64,000 bases of DNA from positions 160,001 to 224,000 of the forward strand of contig JBOEGF010000005.1 in assembly GCA_050633305.1 (NCBI GenBank), written 5' to 3'. A program made the position numbers and the translations under genes. Shown piece after piece: positions 28,077 through 36,655 of the stretch. This stretch comes from Nannocystales bacterium. Lineage in GTDB: Bacteria; Myxococcota_A; Polyangia; Nannocystales; Nannocystaceae. The notes beneath the pieces were generated by a model, which worked only from the letters and a program-made list of their open reading frames with translations, was not told where the DNA came from and searched no databases. The first letter of the stretch is position 1, and every line of letters begins with the position of its first letter.

Positions 28077-29650
28077 CAAAACACGACCTCCGCCCGAATG
28101 CGAAACGTGTCGTTGTCGAGCTTGGCGGGGCGGCCGTTCGAGTCTCGGCCGAGGTCGTTGTCGAGCTGCCATTCGTATTCGACGAGCAGCCGGGCCCGGA
28201 TGCGGTCGTCGTGCCGAAGATAGCCCGAGACCCCCGAGGACAAGGTCCGAAAATGCTGCCGGGTGATCACCACCGTTCCGTCGTACGGCTCCAAGGCGTC
28301 GAGGTTGGGCCGGTACTCGTCGTAGCGCACGCCCACTCCCGCATGGCGGGTCAGCGCTTGAACGAACCCGGCATACCATCCGATGCCGCGCTGGTCCCGG
28401 CCGAGCAAGACCGGATCGGCGACGGCGATGCCGCGGTCGACGTTCTGAAGCACCGCGAACTCACCGTACAAGAGCAACGGTCCGAGTTTGGGGATGTCGC
28501 TGCGAAGCTGGACGTCGGTCCCGATCGCCCATCGCTCGAAGTTCTCTGAGGGACGCCCCGCGCTCCCCGGGATCGGGATGAGCTCGGCCACCGTGACGCG
28601 GCCGTCCTCGTTGAGGTCCGTCCACTCGAAGTCGTCTTTGGTCGGAGGCGTGCCCGCCGAGAAGCCCCGTCCCCGTAGGAACGAAAACCCCATCGCGCCA
28701 TCGAGCCACGCGAAGAGGTCTCCACGTAGGTGGAGGCGCCCGACCACATCCTTGCCGCGGTTGGGGTCGCGGAAACCGTAACCGGGGGCACCGGTGGGCT
28801 GCCCGTTGTAGATGCCGACCACCCAGTCCAGCGCCCACACGTGGCCGGAGAGGGACGCGCCCGCATCGAAGACGCCGGGGACCAGCGCGTCCGAGACGAG
28901 TGTCCGCTCGCCAAAGAAGCGACCGCCATCGGTCTCCCCGTACAGCTCATAGCCAAAGGGAACGCGGAGCAGACCCGCGGAGAGTTTCAGCCACGGAGGC
29001 GCACCGTCGGGCGCGGGGAGATGGGCGTGCACGTCGGCGGTCAGCGGACGAACCGCACCCCCCGCGCTGAAGAACTCGGCGACGCCGCGGACACCAAAGT
29101 ACTTCCAGTCCGCCTCTCCGCCGATCCGGGCGTTGCGAAGGAGGAATGCGTTCTCGTTGAGAGGCTCGGACGACCCATCGGAGAGCTGGTCCTCCGAGCG
29201 CTGGCGCAGCAACATGTCGACCTGGACCAAGCCGAACACACGGGTGTGTGGCTTCCAGGACTCGGGGGTCGCTTTCGCAGAAGCAGCGGCCGAGGAAGAC
29301 TCTTCGGGGACCGTTCTGTCCACCTGTGCCGCCGCTGTTTCGGCGTCGGAGGTGGACGCCACGGACGCGCCCGCAGGGGAGACGGTTTCCGCTTCGTCGA
29401 CGGTTTCCGCTGCGTCGACGATTTCCGCTTCGTCGACGGTTTCGATTTCGTCGACGGTTTCGATTTCGTCGACGGTTTCGATTTCGTCGACGGTTTCGAT
29501 TTCGTCGACGGTTTCGATTTCGTCGACGGTTTCGATTTCGTCGACGGTTTCGATTTCGTCGACGGTTTCAGGCGGGGCCGCGTATGCGGCCGCAGGGCGT
29601 CCCAAGACGAACGCGACCGCCAGCGGCCCGAGCCTGAAACCGACGCTCAT
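28076..29650 (-). CDS. Outer-membrane porin (OprO/OprP-like) with acidic N-terminal repeats and EF-hand-like loop
   Basis: Signal peptide; FLLRNARI, GLLRVPFGYE, YNGQ...DPNRGKDVVGRL, C-terminal Phe (RAEVVF). Confidence 0.7.
   Translation of the reverse strand: MSVGFRLGPLAVAFVLGRPAAAYAAPPETVDEIETVDEIETVDEIETVDEIETVDEIETVDEIETVDEIETVDEAEIVDAAETVDEAETVSPAGASVASTSDAETAAAQVDRTVPEESSSAAASAKATPESWKPHTRVFGLVQVDMLLRQRSEDQLSDGSSEPLNENAFLLRNARIGGEADWKYFGVRGVAEFFSAGGAVRPLTADVHAHLPAPDGAPPWLKLSAGLLRVPFGYELYGETDGGRFFGERTLVSDALVPGVFDAGASLSGHVWALDWVVGIYNGQPTGAPGYGFRDPNRGKDVVGRLHLRGDLFAWLDGAMGFSFLRGRGFSAGTPPTKDDFEWTDLNEDGRVTVAELIPIPGSAGRPSENFERWAIGTDVQLRSDIPKLGPLLLYGEFAVLQNVDRGIAVADPVLLGRDQRGIGWYAGFVQALTRHAGVGVRYDEYRPNLDALEPYDGTVVITRQHFRTLSSGVSGYLRHDDRIRARLLVEYEWQLDNDLGRDSNGRPAKLDNDTFRIRAEVVF
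29381..29569. repeat. 18-bp tandem repeat (TTCGTCGACGGTTTCGAT) inside the porin gene, encoding (ETVDEI)7 plus degenerate copies
   Basis: Seven perfect copies and about three diverged copies read directly from the sequence. Confidence 0.95.
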
Positions 29651-29656
29651 GGACTG

Positions 29657-29920
29657 CTACGGAAGATCCGTGGGTCCGGGGGCGCCGGGGTGAGTGGGGA
29701 CCTTCTGGATGACTTCGACATCGGCCTCGACGGGCGCGTTGAACAGGGCGGCCTGCTCAGGCTGAGCACCGACCGGATCGCACATGTCTCCACTGTCTTC
29801 GGTCTCGCCGCTGTCGTCGGTGTCCGCGCCGGTCTCTTGAGGGTCGCTGTCGTCACAGCCGCCCATCGCCAAGGCGAGGCCGAGCAAGCATGCGTGAAGG
29901 GTTGTTCGGGTCATGGTCAT
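29657..29920 (-). CDS. Small acidic lipoprotein
   Basis: LAMGGC lipobox, acidic linker; fits tightly between the flanking operon genes. Confidence 0.7.
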   Translation of the reverse strand: MTMTRTTLHACLLGLALAMGGCDDSDPQETGADTDDSGETEDSGDMCDPVGAQPEQAALFNAPVEADVEVIQKVPTHPGAPGPTDLP

Positions 29921-29928
29921 CGTCAGCC

Positions 29929-31158
29929 TCACGCAGGTTCGCAGAATCCAAAGCGACACTCGCCGCCGTTCGTGCACGAGTCACTGTCCGTGCAGCTTTC
30001 GCAGCCACTGTCGACGCCGTTCTCTTCCAAGAAGAAGCAGTCGCACGGGGCGGGGTGCTCGAAGGACGCGATCGGTCCGCCGTCGACCTCGCGAGCCACA
30101 TGCATTGCACAGCTGGGCACGTTGCCCACGCCGATCACGGCTTCAGCTACGCCCACGCCGTCGACTTCGACGGTGCCGGTCATGAGGTCGACAAGCAGCT
30201 GAGCTCGTTCCGCGGATTCAGCTCCGTTGTCGGAGACCGTGTTTCCGTTGGCGTCGGTGCGAAGGATGAACCGGAGGTTCGTCCAGATCGGGTAGTGACC
30301 GTCGCGGACGTTTCGCTTGTCTCGCGATGTGGACGTGGAGTCGGGGAAGACAGCGCCCAGGCAGCCGTTGAAGGGTTCAAACGCGAGCACCCGCATGTTG
30401 TCGGCCGCGGCCTCCCACTTGCTGCTGTTGAGGATGCCGATGACGCTCTCCGCGTTGCCGGTGGTGTTCTCAGCGATGACTGCGTCGCGGACGTCGCTGG
30501 ATCCAGCGTGGTCGCGAAGTGCACCGTTCCACATGGTGCCCGCGATCCCGGAGTTGGCACCGATCGTCAGCTGCGTGCTGGAGCCGGGGTTGCGCACCAG
30601 GACGAAGTTGGGGTCGGTCCAAGGCTCGACCTGACGACCCTCTTCTCCACCGAACTTCAGGATGTAGTAGGCCTCGGTCGCCGTGATGGCGGTTTGCGTG
30701 GAGTTGCGTGGCACCACGAATCCCAGCGTCTCGACGTAGCTGGGGACCTCGAGCAATTCGTCGGGGGGAGTCTCGCCACCCAGACACGTCGCGCCGCCAA
30801 CGTCCATCGCCGAGAGGTCGGAGCGGATCTCCACGTCCGTGGGCATGTTGCAGGAGCCCTGCGCACCGTCGGCCGTGTAGTAGATGGCCGTGCCGGAGAC
30901 GGGCGTCTGCTCTCGCTGGACGTCGTAGCTGATGCACGACGAGAGCGGGAAGTGGACGATCGTCATGGCGTCGTCGCCCATGATGTCCGGGTCGGCCAGC
31001 GCGGGCGAGAGTTCGGCGAGGACCGACTCGAGCAGCGTTGTGGCGGGGAAATAGACGGGGTTGGGCAGCGAGGTGCAGTCGACGGGAGCGCCACCAGACT
31101 GAGGGTCCGAGGGCATTCCGAGGCCAGCCGCCGCCGCAAAAAGAATCGCGGTGAACAT
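29929..31158 (-). CDS. Periplasmic-binding-protein-like (PstS/PBP-fold) secreted protein with Cys-rich tail
   Basis: Signal peptide; VRNPGSSTQ and NVRDGHYPIW resemble PBP_like/PstS motifs (R...SGT, G.YPI). Confidence 0.6.
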   Translation of the reverse strand: MFTAILFAAAAGLGMPSDPQSGGAPVDCTSLPNPVYFPATTLLESVLAELSPALADPDIMGDDAMTIVHFPLSSCISYDVQREQTPVSGTAIYYTADGAQGSCNMPTDVEIRSDLSAMDVGGATCLGGETPPDELLEVPSYVETLGFVVPRNSTQTAITATEAYYILKFGGEEGRQVEPWTDPNFVLVRNPGSSTQLTIGANSGIAGTMWNGALRDHAGSSDVRDAVIAENTTGNAESVIGILNSSKWEAAADNMRVLAFEPFNGCLGAVFPDSTSTSRDKRNVRDGHYPIWTNLRFILRTDANGNTVSDNGAESAERAQLLVDLMTGTVEVDGVGVAEAVIGVGNVPSCAMHVAREVDGGPIASFEHPAPCDCFFLEENGVDSGCESCTDSDSCTNGGECRFGFCEPA

Positions 31159-31336
31159 ACAGAGTCCTACGAGCCGTGCGTCTACCGAGGCCGGTGGCAG
31201 AGCTCAAGAAGGGGCCGTGAAGCGGCACCAAGGGCCCGGTATAGGGCTCGAATCGAGGGTTTCAATGCGGGGGAGTCGTTGCATCGAGTTTTGTCATGCC
31301 TGCGTTTCGTGTCGGGCTGCTGTAGGCTCCGCCGCG

Positions 31337-32266
31337 ATGCGACGTCGGGAATTGCTGCAGAGCCTCGTGGCGGCACCCTGCCTACTGAGTGGGTGCTCCA
31401 AGGGGTCCACATCGCTGCGGTTCTCGGGCATCCCCGACGGCGACAAAGAGGCGCTCAAAGAAGGGTATGCCGCCGTCGCCCGGTACTTGTCATCTGCGTT
31501 GAAGGTTCCTGTTGAGCCGGTGCATGTGCCGGACTACACGGCCGCTGTCACATCGTTGGCATCCGGCGGCATCGACTTTGCTTGGCTCGGCGGCGTGACG
31601 ACGGTTCAAGCCGAGCAGCGGACGCCGGGGGGGGTGCACTTCGTCGCGGCCCGCGAGAGCGACCTCCACTTCAAGAGCTACTTCATCGCAAACGCCAAGG
31701 TCGCGGAGGGAGCCGGTCTGTCTCCGGTCGCGGTGCGTGAGGCCGGGACCCTCGGGGACTTGACCGCCGTGGCGAAGGCCATGAAGGGCAAGCGGTTCAG
31801 CTTCGGCTCGAAGAGCTCGACGTCGGGTCATGTGATGCCGCGGTCGTTCCTCTTGGATCCGTCCGTGGGGGTCGACCCCGAGTCCCACTTTCTCGACGGT
31901 CCCATGTACCAGCGTCAAGGGGGACACGCGGCAACGCTTCGGGCGGTGGCCTCGGGCGCGGTGGACTTCGGGGTGCTGAACTTCGCAAGCTGGGAACGCG
32001 CGGACCCGCAGTTGCAATCCGACGCCCCTGTGGTCGCGGTGACCCCTGAGTATGTCGACTACTGTCTGGTGGCTCGGGGCTCGATGCCTGCGGCCCAGGT
32101 CGATGCGTTGAGGACGGCATTGACCGCGCTCGATGCCGGGGTGCCGGAGCAGGCCGCGGTGTTGGAAGCGTTCGCTGCCAAGGAGTTCGTGAGCGCCGAC
32201 GCGAAGGCATGGGACAGCATCCGCGGCGTCCTCACCAAGCTCGAGGCCGAAGGCGCGCTTCGGTGA
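31337..32266 (+). CDS. PhnD-family ABC substrate-binding lipoprotein resembling the putative selenate clade
   Basis: MRRRELL...LSGC (Tat-like lipoprotein); FSGIPD, DYTAAV, WLGGVTTVQA, FKSYFIAN, FSFGSKSSTSGHVMP, GHAATL. Confidence 0.85.
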   Translation: MRRRELLQSLVAAPCLLSGCSKGSTSLRFSGIPDGDKEALKEGYAAVARYLSSALKVPVEPVHVPDYTAAVTSLASGGIDFAWLGGVTTVQAEQRTPGGVHFVAARESDLHFKSYFIANAKVAEGAGLSPVAVREAGTLGDLTAVAKAMKGKRFSFGSKSSTSGHVMPRSFLLDPSVGVDPESHFLDGPMYQRQGGHAATLRAVASGAVDFGVLNFASWERADPQLQSDAPVVAVTPEYVDYCLVARGSMPAAQVDALRTALTALDAGVPEQAAVLEAFAAKEFVSADAKAWDSIRGVLTKLEAEGALR

Positions 32267-33015
32267 GCCCTGCGGTCGAGCTGGAGAGGGCCTCGGTGCG
32301 CTACCCGGACGGGCGCGGCATCGAGGACCTGACGGCTCGACTCGAGTCCGGACGAACCGTCGCGCTGGTTGGCCCATCGGGGGCCGGAAAGAGCACGCTG
32401 CTGCGGCTCATCGCGGGCGCGGTCGCACCGGATGCTGGCCACGTGCGCACGCTCGGCCAATCTATCGCCCAGTTGCGGGGAGCGTCGTACCGAGCGGCTT
32501 GTGACCGGGTGGGGCTGTTGGCGCAAGCCGACGACCTGGCACCGGGGCTTAGCGTCTTGCACAACGTCTTGGCTGGCCGACTGGGCCGATGGTCGATCGC
32601 GCGGGCCCTCCGCAATCGTGTCTGGCCGCGCACCGATGATCGCCGGGCTGTAGAAGCGGCGTTGGCTGCGGCCGAACTCGCCGATCGCATCGACGCCGAT
32701 CCGTCCGAACTCTCGGGCGGCGAACGGCGCCGCGTCGCGCTGGCTCGGTTGGCGTTTCAGGCCCCGACGATCTGGCTTGCCGACGAGCCCACCACCGGGC
32801 TGGATGTCCGGCTTCGCGGCGACATGATGGACCTGTTGCTGACGATGGTGCGCGGGGCCAAGGCTACGGCGGTCGTTGCCCTGCACGACCTCGAGCTGCT
32901 CCGCTGCGGCTTCGATGAGGTCTGGGGGCTGCGCGGTGGAGGTCTGGAGTTTGCGCTTCCCGCCGAGAAAGTCTCGAAAGCACGGCTTGCGGCGTTGTTT
33001 GGGAGCACGGCATGA
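32263..33015 (+). CDS. ABC ATP-binding subunit (PhnC-like)
   Basis: GPSGAGKS, HNVLAGRLG, LSGGE, LADEP, ALHD; GTG overlaps the upstream stop. Confidence 0.92.
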   Translation: MSPAVELERASVRYPDGRGIEDLTARLESGRTVALVGPSGAGKSTLLRLIAGAVAPDAGHVRTLGQSIAQLRGASYRAACDRVGLLAQADDLAPGLSVLHNVLAGRLGRWSIARALRNRVWPRTDDRRAVEAALAAAELADRIDADPSELSGGERRRVALARLAFQAPTIWLADEPTTGLDVRLRGDMMDLLLTMVRGAKATAVVALHDLELLRCGFDEVWGLRGGGLEFALPAEKVSKARLAALFGSTA

Positions 33016-34595
33016 ACCGAAAGGCCACCGTGGCCGTCGCGGTTGCGGCGGTCACGTTCATCATCGTGCTCTCCCTCGACTTCGGCGTGACGCATCCCGG
33101 GAATGCGCTCGAAGCCGTCGCGTCCCTTCTCGCGGGCATGGGCCAGCCCGACCTTCGTCCGCAGACCTTGCTGCGTGTCTCGGAGCTTGCGGCACAGACG
33201 ATCGCCGTCGCGGTGCTGGGGACCGGGTTGGGTGCTGGGCTCGGTCTGATGTTGGCCATGGTGGGGGCGACTGCCAGTGTCGGAGGCCACCGGGCTCCGG
33301 GGCGCCGAGTCTTGGCAGAGGTGTTGCGGCTGGGGCTCGACGGCCTACGAGCGATTCCCGATTTCGCCTGGGCACTCGCGCTACTCGTGGTGCTGGGCCC
33401 CGGTCCTCTCACCGGAACATTCGCGATCGCGGTGTCCGTGACCGGCATCTTGGGTCGTGCGTTCGGCCAGCTCCTCGAGTCCGTGCCTGAACACAAGGTG
33501 CAAGGAGTTGAGCGCCTGGCCGGGTCACCGATGGCGGCGGTGATTTACGGTCGCCTGCCACACATCGCACCCGCGGCGTGGTCCTACGGTCTGGCGCGCC
33601 TAGAATGCTCGATCCGAAACGCGTCTGTGATCGGAATCGTCGGCGGCGGCGGGCTCGGTGCGGAGCTGTTCGAGGAACTCGGATACGGGCGCATGGATCG
33701 GGTGGCCACGCTGTTGATGGGCCTGGTCATCCTGACGGCGGTAGCCGACGTCGGGTCCGGAATGCTGCGTCGCGGCTTGGGCGGGGTGGGTCTTCGAGCC
33801 CGTCGCTCTGCGCTGCATGCGGCGCTTCTGGTGTCTGCCGCGAGCCTGGCCTGGCTGACTCCCGCGGCGTTCGAGCTCATCGATGCGCTCGCGCGTCTCG
33901 ACCTCCGAGTGGCTGCGGCTTCCGGTGCCCGCCTTCTTCAACCCGACCTCTCGAGACAAACGCTCGGTGAAGTCTTCCGGGGTGTCGGGGCTCCGGTGGG
34001 GCTGGCCTGGCTGTCGATGGGTGCCGCCACTGGCGTCGCGTTGATGTTCCTGCCCTGGACCAGCACGGGGGTCCGGCGACGGGCCCACGGAGTCGCGGCG
34101 TCTGATTCGAGGCTTGCTGTGTTCATCGCGTGGCTGCTGCGGGGATTGGCGCTGCTGGCCCGAGCGGTACCCGAAGTTGCCTGGCTGTTGCTCTTCGCCG
34201 CCGCGCTGGGCATGGGGCCGTTGCCCGCCGTGCTGGCGTTGGGACTGCATGCGTCCGGAATCCTGGTTCGTCTGTTCACCGAAGCGGTGGACGACCGGTT
34301 CGGGACGGCTCCGCACCGGGGCATCGGTGCTGGTGCGGGGGTTGGCTGGCTTGTCTACGCGGCCCTTCCCCGACTGCGTGGCACCCTCGCCACACACACG
34401 GCCCTGCAGGCGGAGTCCAACCTTCGTTCCGCGTTCACACTCGGAATCCTCGGCGCCGGCGGCTTGGGCAACGCGTTTCATAGCGCGATTAGCTACTGGC
34501 AGCTCGAGCGCGCATCGACTCTCGCACTGGGGATGCTGGTGTTGTTTGTCGGGCTCGACCGCGCGGGGCGTCGGTTGTCGCGCCTTGTGGGTTGA
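33012..34595 (+). CDS. ABC permease with two fused PhnE-like domains
   Basis: RAIPDFAWAL...GPGP...RLECSIRNASVIGIVGGGGLG, repeated as RAVPEVAWLL...ESNLRSAFTLGILGAGGLG. Confidence 0.88.
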   Translation: MNRKATVAVAVAAVTFIIVLSLDFGVTHPGNALEAVASLLAGMGQPDLRPQTLLRVSELAAQTIAVAVLGTGLGAGLGLMLAMVGATASVGGHRAPGRRVLAEVLRLGLDGLRAIPDFAWALALLVVLGPGPLTGTFAIAVSVTGILGRAFGQLLESVPEHKVQGVERLAGSPMAAVIYGRLPHIAPAAWSYGLARLECSIRNASVIGIVGGGGLGAELFEELGYGRMDRVATLLMGLVILTAVADVGSGMLRRGLGGVGLRARRSALHAALLVSAASLAWLTPAAFELIDALARLDLRVAAASGARLLQPDLSRQTLGEVFRGVGAPVGLAWLSMGAATGVALMFLPWTSTGVRRRAHGVAASDSRLAVFIAWLLRGLALLARAVPEVAWLLLFAAALGMGPLPAVLALGLHASGILVRLFTEAVDDRFGTAPHRGIGAGAGVGWLVYAALPRLRGTLATHTALQAESNLRSAFTLGILGAGGLGNAFHSAISYWQLERASTLALGMLVLFVGLDRAGRRLSRLVG

Positions 34596-34819
34596 ACCGG
34601 ACAACTCTGCGTGGAAAATGTCCTCTGGACGTCGATAAAGGGTCTGTTGACCTTAAAAGTGTGGAGGTCGCTTTGACTCTCCGCTCTGGGCATTCATGGT
34701 GGGGCTGACACTAAACTGGAAAATCACGAGATATCGCTGAAAAACGTTGCTCAAGAAACCCTCCAACGGCTCGAGGAAGGCGGAGTCCGCACGGATGTCA
34801 GCGGCCGGATGGTGAGGCA

Positions 34820-36655
34820 CTACGGTGCAAGCAGGCGGTCGATGGTCATGACCATCGCGTCTGCATCGAACTCCCGGCGCAGGTAGGCGATGGTGCCGTC
34901 TCGGTCGACAATGACGTCGAGCGGAAACGGGCTGATCGCATTGTCCGGGTCCGCGTAGTCGAAGTATGTGGTGTCGTCGCGCAGGATCGGAAAGCTGACG
35001 CCGGTTTGACCGACGAACCCGGCCAAGGTGGAGGCGGACTCATTGCCGAACAGGCCAGGGCCGCTGAGGCCCAGCACGACGACTTCGCTTTCGGGGTACT
35101 GCTGGCGGATGCGAGTTTCGAGTTCTGGAAACTCCAGAACGCAGACGGGTCAGAAGGTGGCGAAGTAGGCCAGCACGGCCACCTTTCCTTCGAGGTCCGC
35201 GTGAGTCCAGGTGTTCCCTTCGAGGTCTCGCAGCGCGAAGGACGGGGCAGGGTCGCCGACGGCAAGTCCGGGGACGTTCGCGGTCAGGGGGACTTCGAGG
35301 CGAGGTTCGTCGGGGTCGTCGCTGCAGACCCGAATCGCGCTTTGGAGCGACGCGGATGAACCCGGGCTGAGCTGGACTTCGACTGCTTTGGAGCGACCTG
35401 GTTCGACGACGAAGCACGTCTCGTCCACCGTGACGTCGGCGGACCCTGTCACATCGTGGACCGTCAGCGGGCGGGTGCCGCTGTTGGAGATGAGCAAGAC
35501 GCGGGCATCTGAGTCCGATGGTTGAACGTTGCCGAACTGCAGTGAGCTCGGGCTGAGGTCGACCTCGGGTCCTGCTGAGGCGCTGTAGGCGAATGCGTGG
35601 AGGCCGGTCCACTCTCCGCCAAACACCCTGGCCCGTGCTGCGACAGCGCCGACGGCCAGGACCCGGGAGAAGCTGTCGTCGGTGGGGACGGTCTCCGAGA
35701 ACAGGGAAACCGGGTCGGCGGGTTCGGTGAAGTCGTAGCCGCGCAAAGAGTCCCATTGCGCGACGACGATCTGTCGGGGACCCAGCAAGGCCACATCGAG
35801 CGCGGTTCCCGAGACGGGTTGCTCGGCCAGGAGAGCGGCTGCGCTGGTGTCGGCGACGTCCACGATGCTGATACCACTGGAGGTGACGACGTACGCCCTG
35901 TCGTCCTCGAGCAGCACATCGTGACTCGAGCCCTGAAGCGCTACGGTGGAGAGCAATCGGGGGTCGCGCTCCGACACGTCGAACAGGCGCAGACCGGAGC
36001 CTCCATCGGCCAGCGCGAGCAGGTCGTCCCGCAAGACGGGCTGCCATGCGTCGGTGCCTTCCTCCACCACTCGACCGGTCTCGACCACGTCTCCGTCGGC
36101 AAGCTCCAGCGCGACCAGACCATGTCCGTGCAGGGCGGCGAAGATCCGGTTCCCCCGAATCGCGACACCTTCGATCGAGCCCGAGACTGGACTCCAGCTG
36201 CCGAGGAGTTGTGGCCGACTCGGATCCGCGAGGTTGTAGATCGCGAGCCACGGGGTCGGCTGAACTTCATCTCCGCGGTTGGTGATGACGACCCGGGAGG
36301 TGTCAGGATCGAAGCCGACATGCTGGCAACGGGGAAACTGGCTGTTGGAGAGGCCGGCGCCCGGAGAGACGCGTTCGACCAACAGTTGTGGGACCTCTTG
36401 GGATGTGTCGAAGACCGAGAATCCTCGCACTCCGCTGCAGACGAGGGCGAGGTCGCCGTGGGCGAGGATGTCGGTGATCTCGAAGAAGGTGTTCGTGTTG
36501 GCGCGACCCAGGTGTTGCAAGGGGTCGACGGTCGCTCCGGGCGAGGTTGGGCACCCAGGCCGGGCCGCAGACCGACACAGAGCTGGGGCGGCGGGGTCGG
36601 GCTCGACGGCACAGCCGACCAGAGCGAAGAGCGACAGCAGGGTTCGGGCGTTCAT
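34820..36655 (-). CDS. Selenoprotein B: lipoprotein with LVIVD-repeat propeller + Ig-like domain + C-terminal UxxC redoxin (TlpA/AhpC-TSA-like); Sec codon TGA at 35152-35150; 611 aa
   Basis: ORFs 35150..36655 and 34820..35077 share a frame; read-through gives ...VAVLAYFATF-U-PVCVLEFPELETRIRQQYPESEVVVLGLS...ISPFPLDVIVDRDG; LVGC lipobox; downstream hairpin. Confidence 0.88.
35122..35140 (-). promoter_or_regulatory. Bacterial SECIS-like stem-loop of selenoprotein B
   Basis: mRNA: UGA + 9 nt + GUUCUGGA-GUU-UCCAGAAC (8-bp perfect stem, G-first loop 17 nt after UGA). Confidence 0.8.

Noticed and set aside
29381..29569. Repeat array as a CRISPR
   Set aside because: Units are directly adjacent 18-mers with no spacers, lie in frame within a CDS, and there are no cas genes
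31285..31325. Pho box in the divergent promoter (TTGTCAT)
   Set aside because: Only one good half-site; the 11-bp-spaced repeat is too degenerate to call
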